Positions 1-9,769 of a stretch of DNA of 64,000 nucleotides are shown here, one piece after another. Made by a program: the position numbers and the translations under genes. The notes under the pieces were generated by a model. It did no database searches. It was not told the origin of the DNA and saw only the letters and a list, made by a program, of their open reading frames with translations. This stretch comes from an uncultured Verrucomicrobiae bacterium. Lineage in GTDB: Bacteria; Verrucomicrobiota; Verrucomicrobiia; Chthoniobacterales; UBA10450. Where the stretch lies: the NCBI GenBank assembly GCA_963772365.1, contig CAVYXA010000003.1, forward strand, positions 608,001 to 672,000. Direction: 5' to 3'. Numbering within the stretch: the stretch's first letter is position 1; the number at the start of each line of letters is the position of its first letter.

Positions 1-1
1 C

Positions 2-835
2 CAATCGATCATTCAATTAATCTCGCTATTTCGAACCGATACAACGATCGGAGGCGTTGCCATTAGCATCGACGTGGACGCGATCGCCGCCCAGTTAGGG
101 CATAACCTGCAAACCTCGAGCCTGGCTCCAGTGATCAACTACCCATCGCTGATGATGAATGTCGATTCGCCGATCCTGAAAAAGTTTGGCGAGATGAACG
201 ATCGACAAGGATTACTGGCTACGCACACGATCGAGATCGACACATTCAGCCGAGACCTCGTTCTTGCTGAGGGAGTAATTGAGGAGCAAATCAAGAAGCA
301 ACCGCCGCGACCGGCGCCGGAAGATACGGCAAAAATCACGGCGTTGGCCATTAGCCGGGCTCAAGAGGATAACCAGCGGCGAACCGCCACGTTAAACGAT
401 CTGAAACAACGAAGCACTTCTCTGGAGCAATTGGTTAGCGGAATCGACAAGGGCCTGGAGACTGTTGATGAAAAGACCGGGATGACGCCTCTCGCTACGA
501 TTATGAAAACTGAAGCGTTGATGATGGCCCTGGATCAGCCAAACACTTTTAGTGTCCTCCTGAAAGCGGTGGCGGGCGGCGGGGCAACCCAAATCGATCG
601 CAATCTCTTTACTGGATCAAAGCTTCGCCAACTTGGCGGGGCCGTTTTTATCACCACTCTCACGGACAACAAAGGAACAGTGTTATTCACGGACGTATCC
701 ACGGGTTTTCTTGGTTATTCCAAGCTGAGAAGCATTGGCGGAGCCATTCGCAACGATGTGACAATCGACAACATTGAAGTTCCAAGGTCCGCGACGACCA
801 AGGCTAGGATGTCCTTCACCAACGGCGGAAATTGA
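2..835 (+). CDS. hypothetical protein, 5'-truncated by window edge
   Basis: Frame of ORF 74..835 is open back to position 2; no recognisable family. Confidence 0.6.
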   Translation, partial: QSIIQLISLFRTDTTIGGVAISIDVDAIAAQLGHNLQTSSLAPVINYPSLMMNVDSPILKKFGEMNDRQGLLATHTIEIDTFSRDLVLAEGVIEEQIKKQPPRPAPEDTAKITALAISRAQEDNQRRTATLNDLKQRSTSLEQLVSGIDKGLETVDEKTGMTPLATIMKTEALMMALDQPNTFSVLLKAVAGGGATQIDRNLFTGSKLRQLGGAVFITTLTDNKGTVLFTDVSTGFLGYSKLRSIGGAIRNDVTIDNIEVPRSATTKARMSFTNGGN

Positions 836-995
836 AACGGCCCGTTGAGAACTCATAGCGTTCTCGCCATATCGGGTCATTACTCTCCGAGATGACCAGA
901 TGCATCCGCGCACCTTTCGAGCAACGTAACTATTGTGACGGGCTCTTCTCGATTCGAGAAGGCGATTCAGCAAAAACTTCAACCAGGGAAATTTT

Positions 996-1562
996 ATGGC
1001 ACGGAAACTAGAAGGAAAAAAGGTGGCCATCCTTGTGGCCAATGGCTTTGAGCAAGTGGAAATGACCAAACCACGCGAGGCGTTGGTAGAGGCGGGGGCG
1101 GACACGAAGATTGTGTCGCTCAAATCGGAAAAAATTCAGGGAATGAATCACGCCGAAAAGGGCGACAAGTTCGATGTCGATCTTACTGTAAAGGACGCGC
1201 GACCGGAAGATTTCGATGCGCTGATGATTCCGGGCGGTCTCTTGAATCCGGACGAGATGCGTCGGGACAACAACGCATTGGAGTTCGCGCGTCATTTCTT
1301 TCGCGAACGCAAACCCGTGGCAGTGATCTGTCATGGGCCGCAAGTACTGATTAGCGCGGATCTTGTTCGCGGGCGCAAGATGACTTCGTGGCCGGCGATT
1401 CAGGCTGATATGCGTAATGCCGGGGCTCGCTGGGTAGATGAAGAAGTTGTCGTGGACAATGGCTTAGTCTCCAGTCGGAAGCCCGACGACATCCCGGCGT
1501 TCAATCAAAAGATGATCGAGGAATTCGCCGAAGGCCGACACAAGGAAGCGGCTGCTGCGTAG
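996..1562 (+). CDS. pfpI: PfpI/DJ-1 family type 1 glutamine amidotransferase-like protein
   Basis: KVAILVANGFEQVE, IPGG, nucleophile elbow ICHG, SSRKPDD. Confidence 0.9.
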   Translation: MARKLEGKKVAILVANGFEQVEMTKPREALVEAGADTKIVSLKSEKIQGMNHAEKGDKFDVDLTVKDARPEDFDALMIPGGLLNPDEMRRDNNALEFARHFFRERKPVAVICHGPQVLISADLVRGRKMTSWPAIQADMRNAGARWVDEEVVVDNGLVSSRKPDDIPAFNQKMIEEFAEGRHKEAAAA

Positions 1563-1665
1563 AAATCAGTCAACGGATTATAGGCAGGATTGGCCTTTCA
1601 GCCGATTTCGCTGCGTTATGGCGTGGCAAACAGAAACGCCTTAGAATCATGGTGTATCCCACGCC

Positions 1666-2268
1666 ATGACTACGGCTAACAAAATCACCGTTGCCCGGAT
1701 TCTCCTGATTCCGGTTTTCGTGACCCTGGCCATTTACTATGGCCAAAGTATCCAGCGCGGGGAGCCGCTGGAGTGGCAGCGTTTTACCGCGATTGCGGTG
1801 TTTCTGCTCGCGGCAGTGAGTGATGGATTGGACGGCTACGTGGCGCGGCATTACAATCAGCGTAGCTCGTTAGGTGTAATTCTCGATCCGATCGCGGACA
1901 AGGGCCTGCTTCTCAGCGGCATCATTACCTTGAGCATCAGCAACTGGAGCGATGTCAATCCTAATTACGGAAAATTTCCAATCTGGTTTCCAGTGCTCGT
2001 TATTACACGCGATGTCGTCATTTTGGTGGGCGCAGCCGTTTTACATCTTCTCAGCGGGAAAGTGAATGTCAGGCCCAGATGGATGGGTAAAGTGGCCACG
2101 GTGATGCAAATGATCGCGATCGGCTGGGTCATGTTGCAGCTTCGGTTTGTTCCGCTCAGTTTTATAGTGATTGGAGCAGGAATATTTACTTTCGGCTCGG
2201 GCGTGATGTACGTAATGGACGGCGTCCGCCAATTGCAGGTGGCGGGACACGCTCACGCAACGCGGTGA
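1666..2268 (+). CDS. pgsA: CDP-alcohol phosphatidyltransferase (PgsA-like)
   Basis: ANKITVAR and DGLDGYVAR...LGVILDPIADK signature. Confidence 0.85.
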   Translation: MTTANKITVARILLIPVFVTLAIYYGQSIQRGEPLEWQRFTAIAVFLLAAVSDGLDGYVARHYNQRSSLGVILDPIADKGLLLSGIITLSISNWSDVNPNYGKFPIWFPVLVITRDVVILVGAAVLHLLSGKVNVRPRWMGKVATVMQMIAIGWVMLQLRFVPLSFIVIGAGIFTFGSGVMYVMDGVRQLQVAGHAHATR

Positions 2269-2324
2269 CGCACTGTGAATCGTTAAATCGCCTGGCGATT
2301 CACAATTCACGGCTATTTTGCTCC

Positions 2325-3680
2325 ATGAACGTCGCCATCGTTGGCCGGCCGAACGTGGGTAAATCGGCGTTATTCAATCGCTTGATTGGGCGGAAAATCG
2401 CGATTGTGCACGACCAGCCGGGAATTACGCGCGATCGAATTTCCGCATCGTGCACACGCGGACCACGCCCGTTTGTCCTTTGGGATACAGGCGGCGTTCT
2501 GGGTGCCGGCCAATCTGAATTGACCGGACACGTTCGACGTGGTGTGGAGCAGGCAATCGTTGAAAGCGATTTGCTCCTCTTCGTCGTCGATGCAAAAAGC
2601 GGACTGTCACCGATTGATGAGGAGTTCGCCAGATTGCTTCGGCGTTCTGGCAAACCGATCGTGCTTGTTATCAATAAAATCGACATCGACAAACAGGAAA
2701 CGCTGGCGGCGGATTTCTCGTCCCTGGGCTTTGAACGCAGTATCGTGATCAGCGCGGAACATAATCGCGGCATCGATCGGCTAGTCGAAGTAATCGATCC
2801 ACTTTTGCCAGAGCAGGCTGGGACCGAAGATCGACAGTCGAGAATCAAAGACCAGCTGAACATTGCAATTATCGGTCGTCCGAACGTAGGGAAATCTTCC
2901 CTGGTTAACGCCATTGTAAGAAATGAGCGCGCGATCGTGAGCGAATTACCCGGGACAACGCGCGACGCCGTCGACATCATCTATGAACGCGACGGTGAGC
3001 ATTACACTTTCATCGACACCGCCGGAATTCGGAAACGTGGAAGACATTCCAGTTCGGTGGAGGTCTTCAGCGTGATGCGCGCGGAGCGAACGATCCGGAG
3101 AGCGAACCTGTGCGTTTTGATTGTCGATGTTACGACTGGCGTGACCGCGCAAGACAAGAAGATCGCCGGGCTCGTGCAGAAGTCCGGCAAGGCTGCGATT
3201 GTTGTCGTAAACAAAATTGATCTTCTCGATCAAGGACGCGGCACCAGGAAATTCGTTGACCAAATTATGACCGTTACACAAGAACGGCTTTTCTTTCTCG
3301 ACCATGCTCCGGTTCTATGGACGTCCGCATTGACCGGTGAGCATGTTCAAAAGCTTTTTCGATTGATCAAACAGGTTCAGCGTGCGGCAAAAGCGCGCAT
3401 CGGAACCGGTGTTCTCAATCGATTGCTCAGAGCAGCCGTCGATGCCAATCCTCCGCCGATGCGAAAAGGAAAACGTCTCAAGCTTTTTTATGCCGCGCAG
3501 GCGCACGGTAAAGAAGATCGACAACTGCAACCGCCCGAGTTCGTTTTGTTCGTAAACGACCCGGGATTGTTGACGCAACCTTACGAACGTTATTTGCAGG
3601 CACAGATTCGCGAAGCTGAGCCATATCCAGGCCTGCCGGTTTTTTTGACGCTACGCCCGCGTAGCGAGAAAGGAAAATAG
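2325..3680 (+). CDS. der: ribosome biogenesis GTPase Der
   Basis: Two GRPNVGKS P-loops, DTGG/DTAG, NKID; ATG at 2325. Confidence 0.95.
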   Translation: MNVAIVGRPNVGKSALFNRLIGRKIAIVHDQPGITRDRISASCTRGPRPFVLWDTGGVLGAGQSELTGHVRRGVEQAIVESDLLLFVVDAKSGLSPIDEEFARLLRRSGKPIVLVINKIDIDKQETLAADFSSLGFERSIVISAEHNRGIDRLVEVIDPLLPEQAGTEDRQSRIKDQLNIAIIGRPNVGKSSLVNAIVRNERAIVSELPGTTRDAVDIIYERDGEHYTFIDTAGIRKRGRHSSSVEVFSVMRAERTIRRANLCVLIVDVTTGVTAQDKKIAGLVQKSGKAAIVVVNKIDLLDQGRGTRKFVDQIMTVTQERLFFLDHAPVLWTSALTGEHVQKLFRLIKQVQRAAKARIGTGVLNRLLRAAVDANPPPMRKGKRLKLFYAAQAHGKEDRQLQPPEFVLFVNDPGLLTQPYERYLQAQIREAEPYPGLPVFLTLRPRSEKGK

Positions 3681-3748
3681 CTTCGCCGTCGCTGGAACTG
3701 CGGTTGCGAATCGAACATTCGGCGAGAAAATCTGTCTCAAAAACACAC

Positions 3749-4735
3749 ATGAAATCGACTCAGGAAATCACGCATGAAGTGCAAGAGCTTGGGCAATGGA
3801 TTCCCGCGGTTCGTCAACAGGTTGGCCACGTCGTCATCGGGCAGAAATATCTGATCGATCGCCTTTTGCTCGGGCTCCTCGCCAACGGGCATATCTTGCT
3901 GGAAGGCGTTCCCGGCCTGGCAAAGACCTTGGCTGTGAAGACGATGGCCGCCTGTATTCAGACCGGTTTTCAGCGCCTGCAATTTACGCCCGATCTGTTG
4001 CCAGCGGACTTAATTGGCACCCTGATTTACAATCCGCGCACCGGAGAATTTTCGACAAAGCTCGGCCCGATTTTCTCCAATCTGATTTTGGCCGACGAAA
4101 TCAATCGCGCGCCGGCGAAGGTGCAGAGCGCGTTGCTCGAAGCGATGCAGGAACGTCAGGTTACGATTGGGGAAAAAACCTATCCGCTGTCTGATCCGTT
4201 TCTGGTACTGGCGACGCAGAATCCGATTGAGCAGGAAGGCACGTATCAATTGCCGGAGGCGCAGCTCGATCGATTCATGCTGAAACTGAATATCGGCTAT
4301 CCGCAAAAAATCGAGGAACGCAAGATTCTCGATTTAATGGCCACTTCCGCGCCCGACCTGCGTGTCAATCCGGTTATTGAGCCGAAGCAAATTATCGCGT
4401 CCCGGGATGTCGTGAATCACATCTACATCGACGATCGGGTGAAGGATTACATTGTCGATGTTGTCTGGGCGACGCGAGAGCCTTCGACTTACAATTTGAA
4501 TCTCGAGGGGTTGATTCGCTACGGCGCATCGCCGCGGGCCACGATCTATCTGGCGCTGGGTGCGCGAGCCCATGCGTTTCTGAATGGCCGCGGCTACGTG
4601 ACACCGCAGGACGTGAAAAGCATCGGTCCGGATGTGTTGCGCCATCGAATCATCGTGAGCTACGAAGCCGAAGCCGAGGCGGTAACGAGCGAGACAATCA
4701 TCGAAAGGATTTTCGCCGGATTGCCGGTGCCGTGA
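3749..4735 (+). CDS. moxR: MoxR family AAA+ ATPase
   Basis: LLEGVPGLAKT, QFTPDLLPADL, LADEINRAPAKVQSALLEAM. Confidence 0.95.
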   Translation: MKSTQEITHEVQELGQWIPAVRQQVGHVVIGQKYLIDRLLLGLLANGHILLEGVPGLAKTLAVKTMAACIQTGFQRLQFTPDLLPADLIGTLIYNPRTGEFSTKLGPIFSNLILADEINRAPAKVQSALLEAMQERQVTIGEKTYPLSDPFLVLATQNPIEQEGTYQLPEAQLDRFMLKLNIGYPQKIEERKILDLMATSAPDLRVNPVIEPKQIIASRDVVNHIYIDDRVKDYIVDVVWATREPSTYNLNLEGLIRYGASPRATIYLALGARAHAFLNGRGYVTPQDVKSIGPDVLRHRIIVSYEAEAEAVTSETIIERIFAGLPVP

Positions 4736-4738
4736 GTG

Positions 4739-5239
4739 CATGCGAGCACGTCATTCCGAGCGAAGTCGAGGAATCCCGTGGCGCTGCCTGAAACGTAACT
4801 TCATGGAGTCCTTGGGCTCGGCTTTACTGCGCTCGGGGTGACAGTCTGGAGTATGCAACATCAAAATTACTTCGTTTACATTTTGACGAATGCAGATCGT
4901 CACACGGTTCTTTACATCGGTGTCACAAACAGCCTCGAACGCCGCGGTAGCGAACACTCACTCGGTCGTGGGAGCGTTTTTGCAAAGCAGTACAATGCGC
5001 ACAAGCTGATTTATTACGAAGCCTATCCCGATCCGACGACGGCAATCGCTCGAGAAAAGCAGCTGAAACGATGGCGCCGGGCCAAGAAAGAAGCCCTTAT
5101 CGCACGGACCAACCCGGAATGGAAGGATCTGGTTGAAGAAATGTACGCTGTTCGAACTAGCGGAGGTTCTCGGTAGTGCCGCGGGATCCCTCGACTCCGG
5201 TCGCTGCGGCGACCTCCGTTCGGGATGACGGCCATGCGA
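4739..5239. mobile_element. putative GIY-YIG-encoding insertion element with imperfect terminal inverted repeats and 7-bp flanking direct repeat
   Basis: CATGCGA at 4739-4745 and 5233-5239; arm gtcattccgagcgaagtcgaggaatcccg (from 4750) is inversely matched by cgggatccctcgactcc...cgttcgggatgac (5182-5229). Confidence 0.6.
4853..5176 (+). CDS. small stand-alone GIY-YIG nuclease
   Basis: YFVYIL...LYIGVTNSLERR...EH, LIYYEAY, AIAREKQLKRWRRAKKEALI...NPEWKDL. Confidence 0.9.
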   Translation: MQHQNYFVYILTNADRHTVLYIGVTNSLERRGSEHSLGRGSVFAKQYNAHKLIYYEAYPDPTTAIAREKQLKRWRRAKKEALIARTNPEWKDLVEEMYAVRTSGGSR

Positions 5240-6123
5240 CCGCCACGGCTGAAATCCTCAAGAAAATTCGCGCTCTGGAAATCAAGACTCGCGGTCTGGT
5301 GGAAGCTGCTTTCGCGGGCGATTATCACAGTGTCTTCAAGGGACGGGGAATGAACTTCTCCGACGTCCGCGAATACCAGCCGGGCGACGATATTCGGGCG
5401 ATCGATTGGAATGTCACGGCGCGGCTCGGAAATGCGTTTGTAAAGCAGTTCACCGAAGAGCGCGAGTTGACGGTCATGTTGATTGTCGATGTTAGCGCAT
5501 CGGGGAATTTCGGGAGCACGACACAATCAAAGCGCGAGCTGGCGGCTGAAGTTGCCTGTCTGCTCGCGTTCAGCGCGATCCGGAACAATGACAAAGTAGG
5601 ATTGCTCCTCTTCACGGATCACGTGGAATTGTTCATTCCGCCCAAAAAAGGGAGCTCCCACACGCTGCGGCTTATTCGCGAGATTTTGTTTTTCAAACCG
5701 CAGGGCCGCGGGACGGAGCCGGGATTGGCCCTCGATTATCTTAACAAAATTGTGACGCGTCGATCGGTCGTTTTTCTTATTTCGGATTTTCAAGCGCCGG
5801 ATTTCTCGCAAGCGCTTGCCGTAACCGGCCGCCGTCACGATTTGATTGCTGTTCATATTCATGATGAGCGCGAGAAAGTGTTGCCCAATATAGGGATCAT
5901 TACGCTGGAGGACGCAGAGACCGGCGAGCAAATCGAGCTGAACACAACTGATCGCGGCACGAGGAGTCGTTTTGCCGAGGAAGCGGAGCAGCAGGATGCG
6001 GAACTGTCGAAGTTGCTTCGACGAAACAATATCGACTCCATCGCGTTACAAACCGGCCAGGATTATCTACCTGCCTTGCGATCGTTTTTTAAACAGCGCG
6101 AACGTCGTTTAGCCATTCGATAA
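5176..6123 (+). CDS. DUF58 domain protein (MoxR-associated); first 19 codons are repeat-derived
   Basis: GDYHSVFKGRGMNFSDVREYQPGDDIRAIDWNVTAR; position after moxR. Confidence 0.9.
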   Translation: MPRDPSTPVAAATSVRDDGHATATAEILKKIRALEIKTRGLVEAAFAGDYHSVFKGRGMNFSDVREYQPGDDIRAIDWNVTARLGNAFVKQFTEERELTVMLIVDVSASGNFGSTTQSKRELAAEVACLLAFSAIRNNDKVGLLLFTDHVELFIPPKKGSSHTLRLIREILFFKPQGRGTEPGLALDYLNKIVTRRSVVFLISDFQAPDFSQALAVTGRRHDLIAVHIHDEREKVLPNIGIITLEDAETGEQIELNTTDRGTRSRFAEEAEQQDAELSKLLRRNNIDSIALQTGQDYLPALRSFFKQRERRLAIR

Positions 6124-6126
6124 GAA

Positions 6127-6642
6127 ATGAAAATTGGAATTTTAATTGCGGAAAAATTCAACGATATCGCTCCGCCGATTGATTATTCATTGGTTCCGCC
6201 GTGGTTGGTGTTCGTCGCGGTGTTCGTCGGTTTGACAGTATTGGGATTGATTGTGTGGCTGATCACACGGTCACGTAAGCAGGTCGTGCCGACCAAGTCA
6301 GCTCGTGCACATGCACTGGAACAGCTCGAGCGGATGCAGGGCGAAGTGGAACGAACGCAGCCGTATCGATTCAGCATCCATGTGTCCGACGTTCTCCGGC
6401 GTTACGTGACCGAGCAGTTTAACCTGCCCGTTACGCGTCAGACTTCCGTGGAATTTCTCTCGTCACTGGCGAATTTCTCGACATTTTCCGAAGAGGAAAA
6501 GCAGTTGCTCGAGGATTTTTTGAATCGCTGCGATCTGATCAAGTTCGCGCGTTACGAAGCCACGGCGTCGGATAGTCGGTTACTCCTGGATGAAGCGATC
6601 CGGTTTGTGAAAGGAGGCGAACTTGCAGCTGCATCTGTTTGA
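6127..6642 (+). CDS. single-pass membrane protein of moxR/bat operon
   Basis: One TM segment, LRRY...TSVEFL...CDLIKFARY pattern, operon context. Confidence 0.7.
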   Translation: MKIGILIAEKFNDIAPPIDYSLVPPWLVFVAVFVGLTVLGLIVWLITRSRKQVVPTKSARAHALEQLERMQGEVERTQPYRFSIHVSDVLRRYVTEQFNLPVTRQTSVEFLSSLANFSTFSEEEKQLLEDFLNRCDLIKFARYEATASDSRLLLDEAIRFVKGGELAAASV

Positions 6643-7681
6643 TGGATGGCCTGGGCACAGCGCACTGACTTTTGCGCGTCCATGGCTGCTCTTGCTTCTG
6701 CTGTTGATTCCATTGCTCGCCTGGTTGCGAGGCAAACGCGGGCCGTCGGCTGCATTGACATTTTCATCGACGACAACGCTACGAGCGATTGGAAAACATA
6801 GCCAAGCTCGGGTCGGCAAAATCCTGCGAACATCGTTGTTGGCAAGCCTTGCGATTTTTGTTGTTGCCCTGGCGCGCCCGCAATTGGGCAAGAGTCTTAC
6901 TCAGGTGGAGGCGAGCGGGATCGACATCATGGTCGTGCTGGACGTTTCCGGATCAATGCTGACGAAGGATTTCACGATCGGCGGAGATCTGGCTACGCGA
7001 GTGGACGCCATCCGCGATGTGACTCAAAAGTTTATCGAGCGCCGACCTAACGACCGAATCGGGATCATCGCCTTCGCCGGCCGTCCCTATGTAGTCAGTC
7101 CGATGACGCTCGATCATGGTTGGCTGATTCAAAATTTGGACCGGGTTCGTATCGGATTGGTCGAGGACGGCACTGCCATCGGCTCGGCAATCGCGGCCGC
7201 CGGAAATCGTTTGAACGACAAGCATTCAAAGAGTCGAGTGATTGTCCTGCTGACTGATGGGGAAAATAACGCAGGCAAAATCCCGCCGAACACTGCCGCC
7301 GAAGCGATAAAGGCTTTGAAGATTCATTTATACGCAATTGGTGCTGGCACGAATGGCCTCGCCTTGGCTCCGGTCTTTACTCCGCGCGGGCCCCTTACGG
7401 ACGCATTTGGGAATGTTATCTATGAGAGACAACCAGTGCAGTTCAACGAGACCGGCTTAAAGGAAGTGGCACGCATCGCAGATGGACGTTTTTTTCGCGC
7501 GACCGACACGAAGTCACTGGAGCAAATTTATGACGACATCGACAAGATGGAGAAAACCACGGTGAACGTGAAGAAGTATCAGGAGTATCGCGATTTGTTT
7601 CCGATTTGCGTGATGAGCGGTCTGGGATTGGTCGTTGCTCAGCTTCTGTTGTCGCAAACGATTTGGAAAAAGCTGCCATGA
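6623..7681 (+). CDS. VWA domain protein, BatA-like (start uncertain)
   Basis: FARPWLLLL, ALARPQ, MIDAS DVSGS, LLTDGENN. Confidence 0.85.
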   Translation: MQLHLFDGWPGHSALTFARPWLLLLLLLIPLLAWLRGKRGPSAALTFSSTTTLRAIGKHSQARVGKILRTSLLASLAIFVVALARPQLGKSLTQVEASGIDIMVVLDVSGSMLTKDFTIGGDLATRVDAIRDVTQKFIERRPNDRIGIIAFAGRPYVVSPMTLDHGWLIQNLDRVRIGLVEDGTAIGSAIAAAGNRLNDKHSKSRVIVLLTDGENNAGKIPPNTAAEAIKALKIHLYAIGAGTNGLALAPVFTPRGPLTDAFGNVIYERQPVQFNETGLKEVARIADGRFFRATDTKSLEQIYDDIDKMEKTTVNVKKYQEYRDLFPICVMSGLGLVVAQLLLSQTIWKKLP

Positions 7682-9729
7682 CCTTTGGTGCGCCAGAATG
7701 GTTTTGGGGATTGCTGCTGATTCCCGTTTTGATCGCGATCTTTGTTCGCGGGGAACAGCGGGGAGCGGAACGGCTGCGCGAATTCGTTTCGGCTAAATTG
7801 CTGCCGCAACTTGCTGGAACGGTGAATCGCCGCCGGCGTCTATTTCGATTCGGTTTGCAACTGCTCGGCGTTGCGCTGGCGGTGATCTGTCTGGCGCAGC
7901 CGCGATGGGGCTACACGTTTCAAAACGTCAAGCGTAAGGGGCTGGATCTGCTGATTGCTGTGGATACATCACGCAGCATGCTCTCCAACGATGTTCAGCC
8001 CAATCGGCTCGAACGCGTCAAGCTTGCCGCCCATGATTTGATCGCAGAGCTCCAAGGGGATCGCGTGGGTTTGATTGCATTTGCCGGGCGCGCTTTTCTC
8101 CAGGCGCCGCTCACCATTGATTATTCTGCTGCGCTGGAATCAATCATTGATCTCGATACCGAAACCATCCCGGAGGGCGGGACCAATATTTCGGAGGCGA
8201 TCTCGCTCGCAGCCGAAACTTTTGGAAAGAGCGCAATGGGCAATCGCGCGCTCATTATTTTTACGGATGGCGAAGAGTTGAGCGGCGACGCCGTGAAAGC
8301 TGCGAAAGCAGCGGCTGATAAAGGTTTACGGATTTTCACGGTTGGCGTCGGGACGCCGCAGGGGTCGCTCATTCCGGTTACAAGCGAAGATGGAGCCACG
8401 GCATTCGTGAAGAATCCGGAAGGGCAGGTCGTGAAATCGAAACTGGATGAAAAACGGCTAAGCGAAATTGCGCAGGCCGCGGGTGGTTTCTATCTGCATT
8501 TAGAAAACGGACCTCGGACAATGAAACAACTTTATTCCGAAGGTCTGGCGAAAATGCAGGCGGGCGAGATCGACGCCCGTTTGTCGCGGCGTCCGATCGA
8601 GCGATACGAATGGCCGTTAGGCGCGGCATTAATAGCTCTGGCGTTGTCGATGTTAATTAGCGACCGAGATCGTAAGCGGACCCGGGAGCGAAGCCTGGTC
8701 TCGGCGCCCGCAAAGATAACCGCGGCAACAGCTGCGTTGATCCTTTGTGTGTCTCCGTTTGTTTTTGGGGCTGCGCCCGGACTCGATGCCTATCGAGACG
8801 GAAAATTTAACGATGCATATGATGCATTTCAGGACACGCTAAAGGCGCACCCGCAGTCGCGAGTTGAAGACAAACTTCAATTCGATTCCGGAGCGGCCGC
8901 TTACAAGATGAAGGAGTATGCGAAAGCGCTTCAATCATTTAGCCAAGCATTGCTTTCCCCTGATACCGGTTTGCAAGCCAAGAGCCATTACAATCTTGGC
9001 AACACGCTTTACCAGCAGGGTGAAGAGCAAAAGAGCAAACAGAACAAGCTCAATGATTGGCGGAACGCGCTCGAGCATTACCAGCAGACGCTCAAAATCG
9101 ACCCTCACAATCAGCCGGCAAAGGAAAACTACGAATACGTCAAAAAGAAGATCGACGACCTCAAAAAAGAGCAACCGCCGCCATCGCCGACTCCCTCGCC
9201 ATCACCTCAGGAAAACAACCAAAAAAAACAACAGCAACAACAAAGCGGTGGCCGAGGGCAGCAGCAGCAACAAAACCAGCAGAACCAATCCCAAAATCAG
9301 CAATCACAGAACAAGAAAGAGCAAAACAAGAATCAGCAGTCGCAGAACAAGAACGAGCAACAACAATCCAAACAATCTTCGCCAGGAGAATCGCCATCAC
9401 CATCGCCCGGTCAGGGACAGCAGAAGCAGGAGCAAACAGGAATTTCTCCGACACCGAGTCCGACGGAAGGATCGGGGCATGGGACAACTCCGTCACCTGC
9501 CCCGTCGGGATCACCGCAACAAAAATTGGCCGGCGAGCTGAAAGAGGCGGGCGAAAAACCGGAAACGAAACAAGAGAAGAACGGCGAAGTAGCCGAGGCT
9601 GAAAAGGAGAAGGAAGGCGAGATGAGTGAGAGGCAAGCGCTGGCTCTGCTGAAATCGATGAAGGATGAGGAAGCCAAGGTGCAGCTTGATGAACACCGGG
9701 CCTCACGTCATGTCTATAAGGATTGGTAA
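7678..9729 (+). CDS. VWA + TPR protein (BatB/BatC-like) with Q/S/P-rich linker
   Basis: DTSRS MIDAS, FTDGEE, HYNLGN TPR, KDW C-terminus; ATGA overlap with upstream stop. Confidence 0.85.
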   Translation: MTFGAPEWFWGLLLIPVLIAIFVRGEQRGAERLREFVSAKLLPQLAGTVNRRRRLFRFGLQLLGVALAVICLAQPRWGYTFQNVKRKGLDLLIAVDTSRSMLSNDVQPNRLERVKLAAHDLIAELQGDRVGLIAFAGRAFLQAPLTIDYSAALESIIDLDTETIPEGGTNISEAISLAAETFGKSAMGNRALIIFTDGEELSGDAVKAAKAAADKGLRIFTVGVGTPQGSLIPVTSEDGATAFVKNPEGQVVKSKLDEKRLSEIAQAAGGFYLHLENGPRTMKQLYSEGLAKMQAGEIDARLSRRPIERYEWPLGAALIALALSMLISDRDRKRTRERSLVSAPAKITAATAALILCVSPFVFGAAPGLDAYRDGKFNDAYDAFQDTLKAHPQSRVEDKLQFDSGAAAYKMKEYAKALQSFSQALLSPDTGLQAKSHYNLGNTLYQQGEEQKSKQNKLNDWRNALEHYQQTLKIDPHNQPAKENYEYVKKKIDDLKKEQPPPSPTPSPSPQENNQKKQQQQQSGGRGQQQQQNQQNQSQNQQSQNKKEQNKNQQSQNKNEQQQSKQSSPGESPSPSPGQGQQKQEQTGISPTPSPTEGSGHGTTPSPAPSGSPQQKLAGELKEAGEKPETKQEKNGEVAEAEKEKEGEMSERQALALLKSMKDEEAKVQLDEHRASRHVYKDW

Positions 9730-9737
9730 GGGGAATC

Positions 9738-9765
9738 TTTGATGTTTGATGTTTGATGTTTGATC
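9738..9765. repeat. heptamer tandem repeat (TTTGATG)x3 + TTTGATC
   Basis: Direct reading; lies in the short batB-batD gap. Confidence 0.8.
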
Positions 9766-9769
9766 TAAG

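Noticed and set aside
9161..9500. Q/N/S/P-rich CAA/CAG repeats
   Set aside because: Ordinary low-complexity linker of BatB/C-type proteins; no spacer structure.
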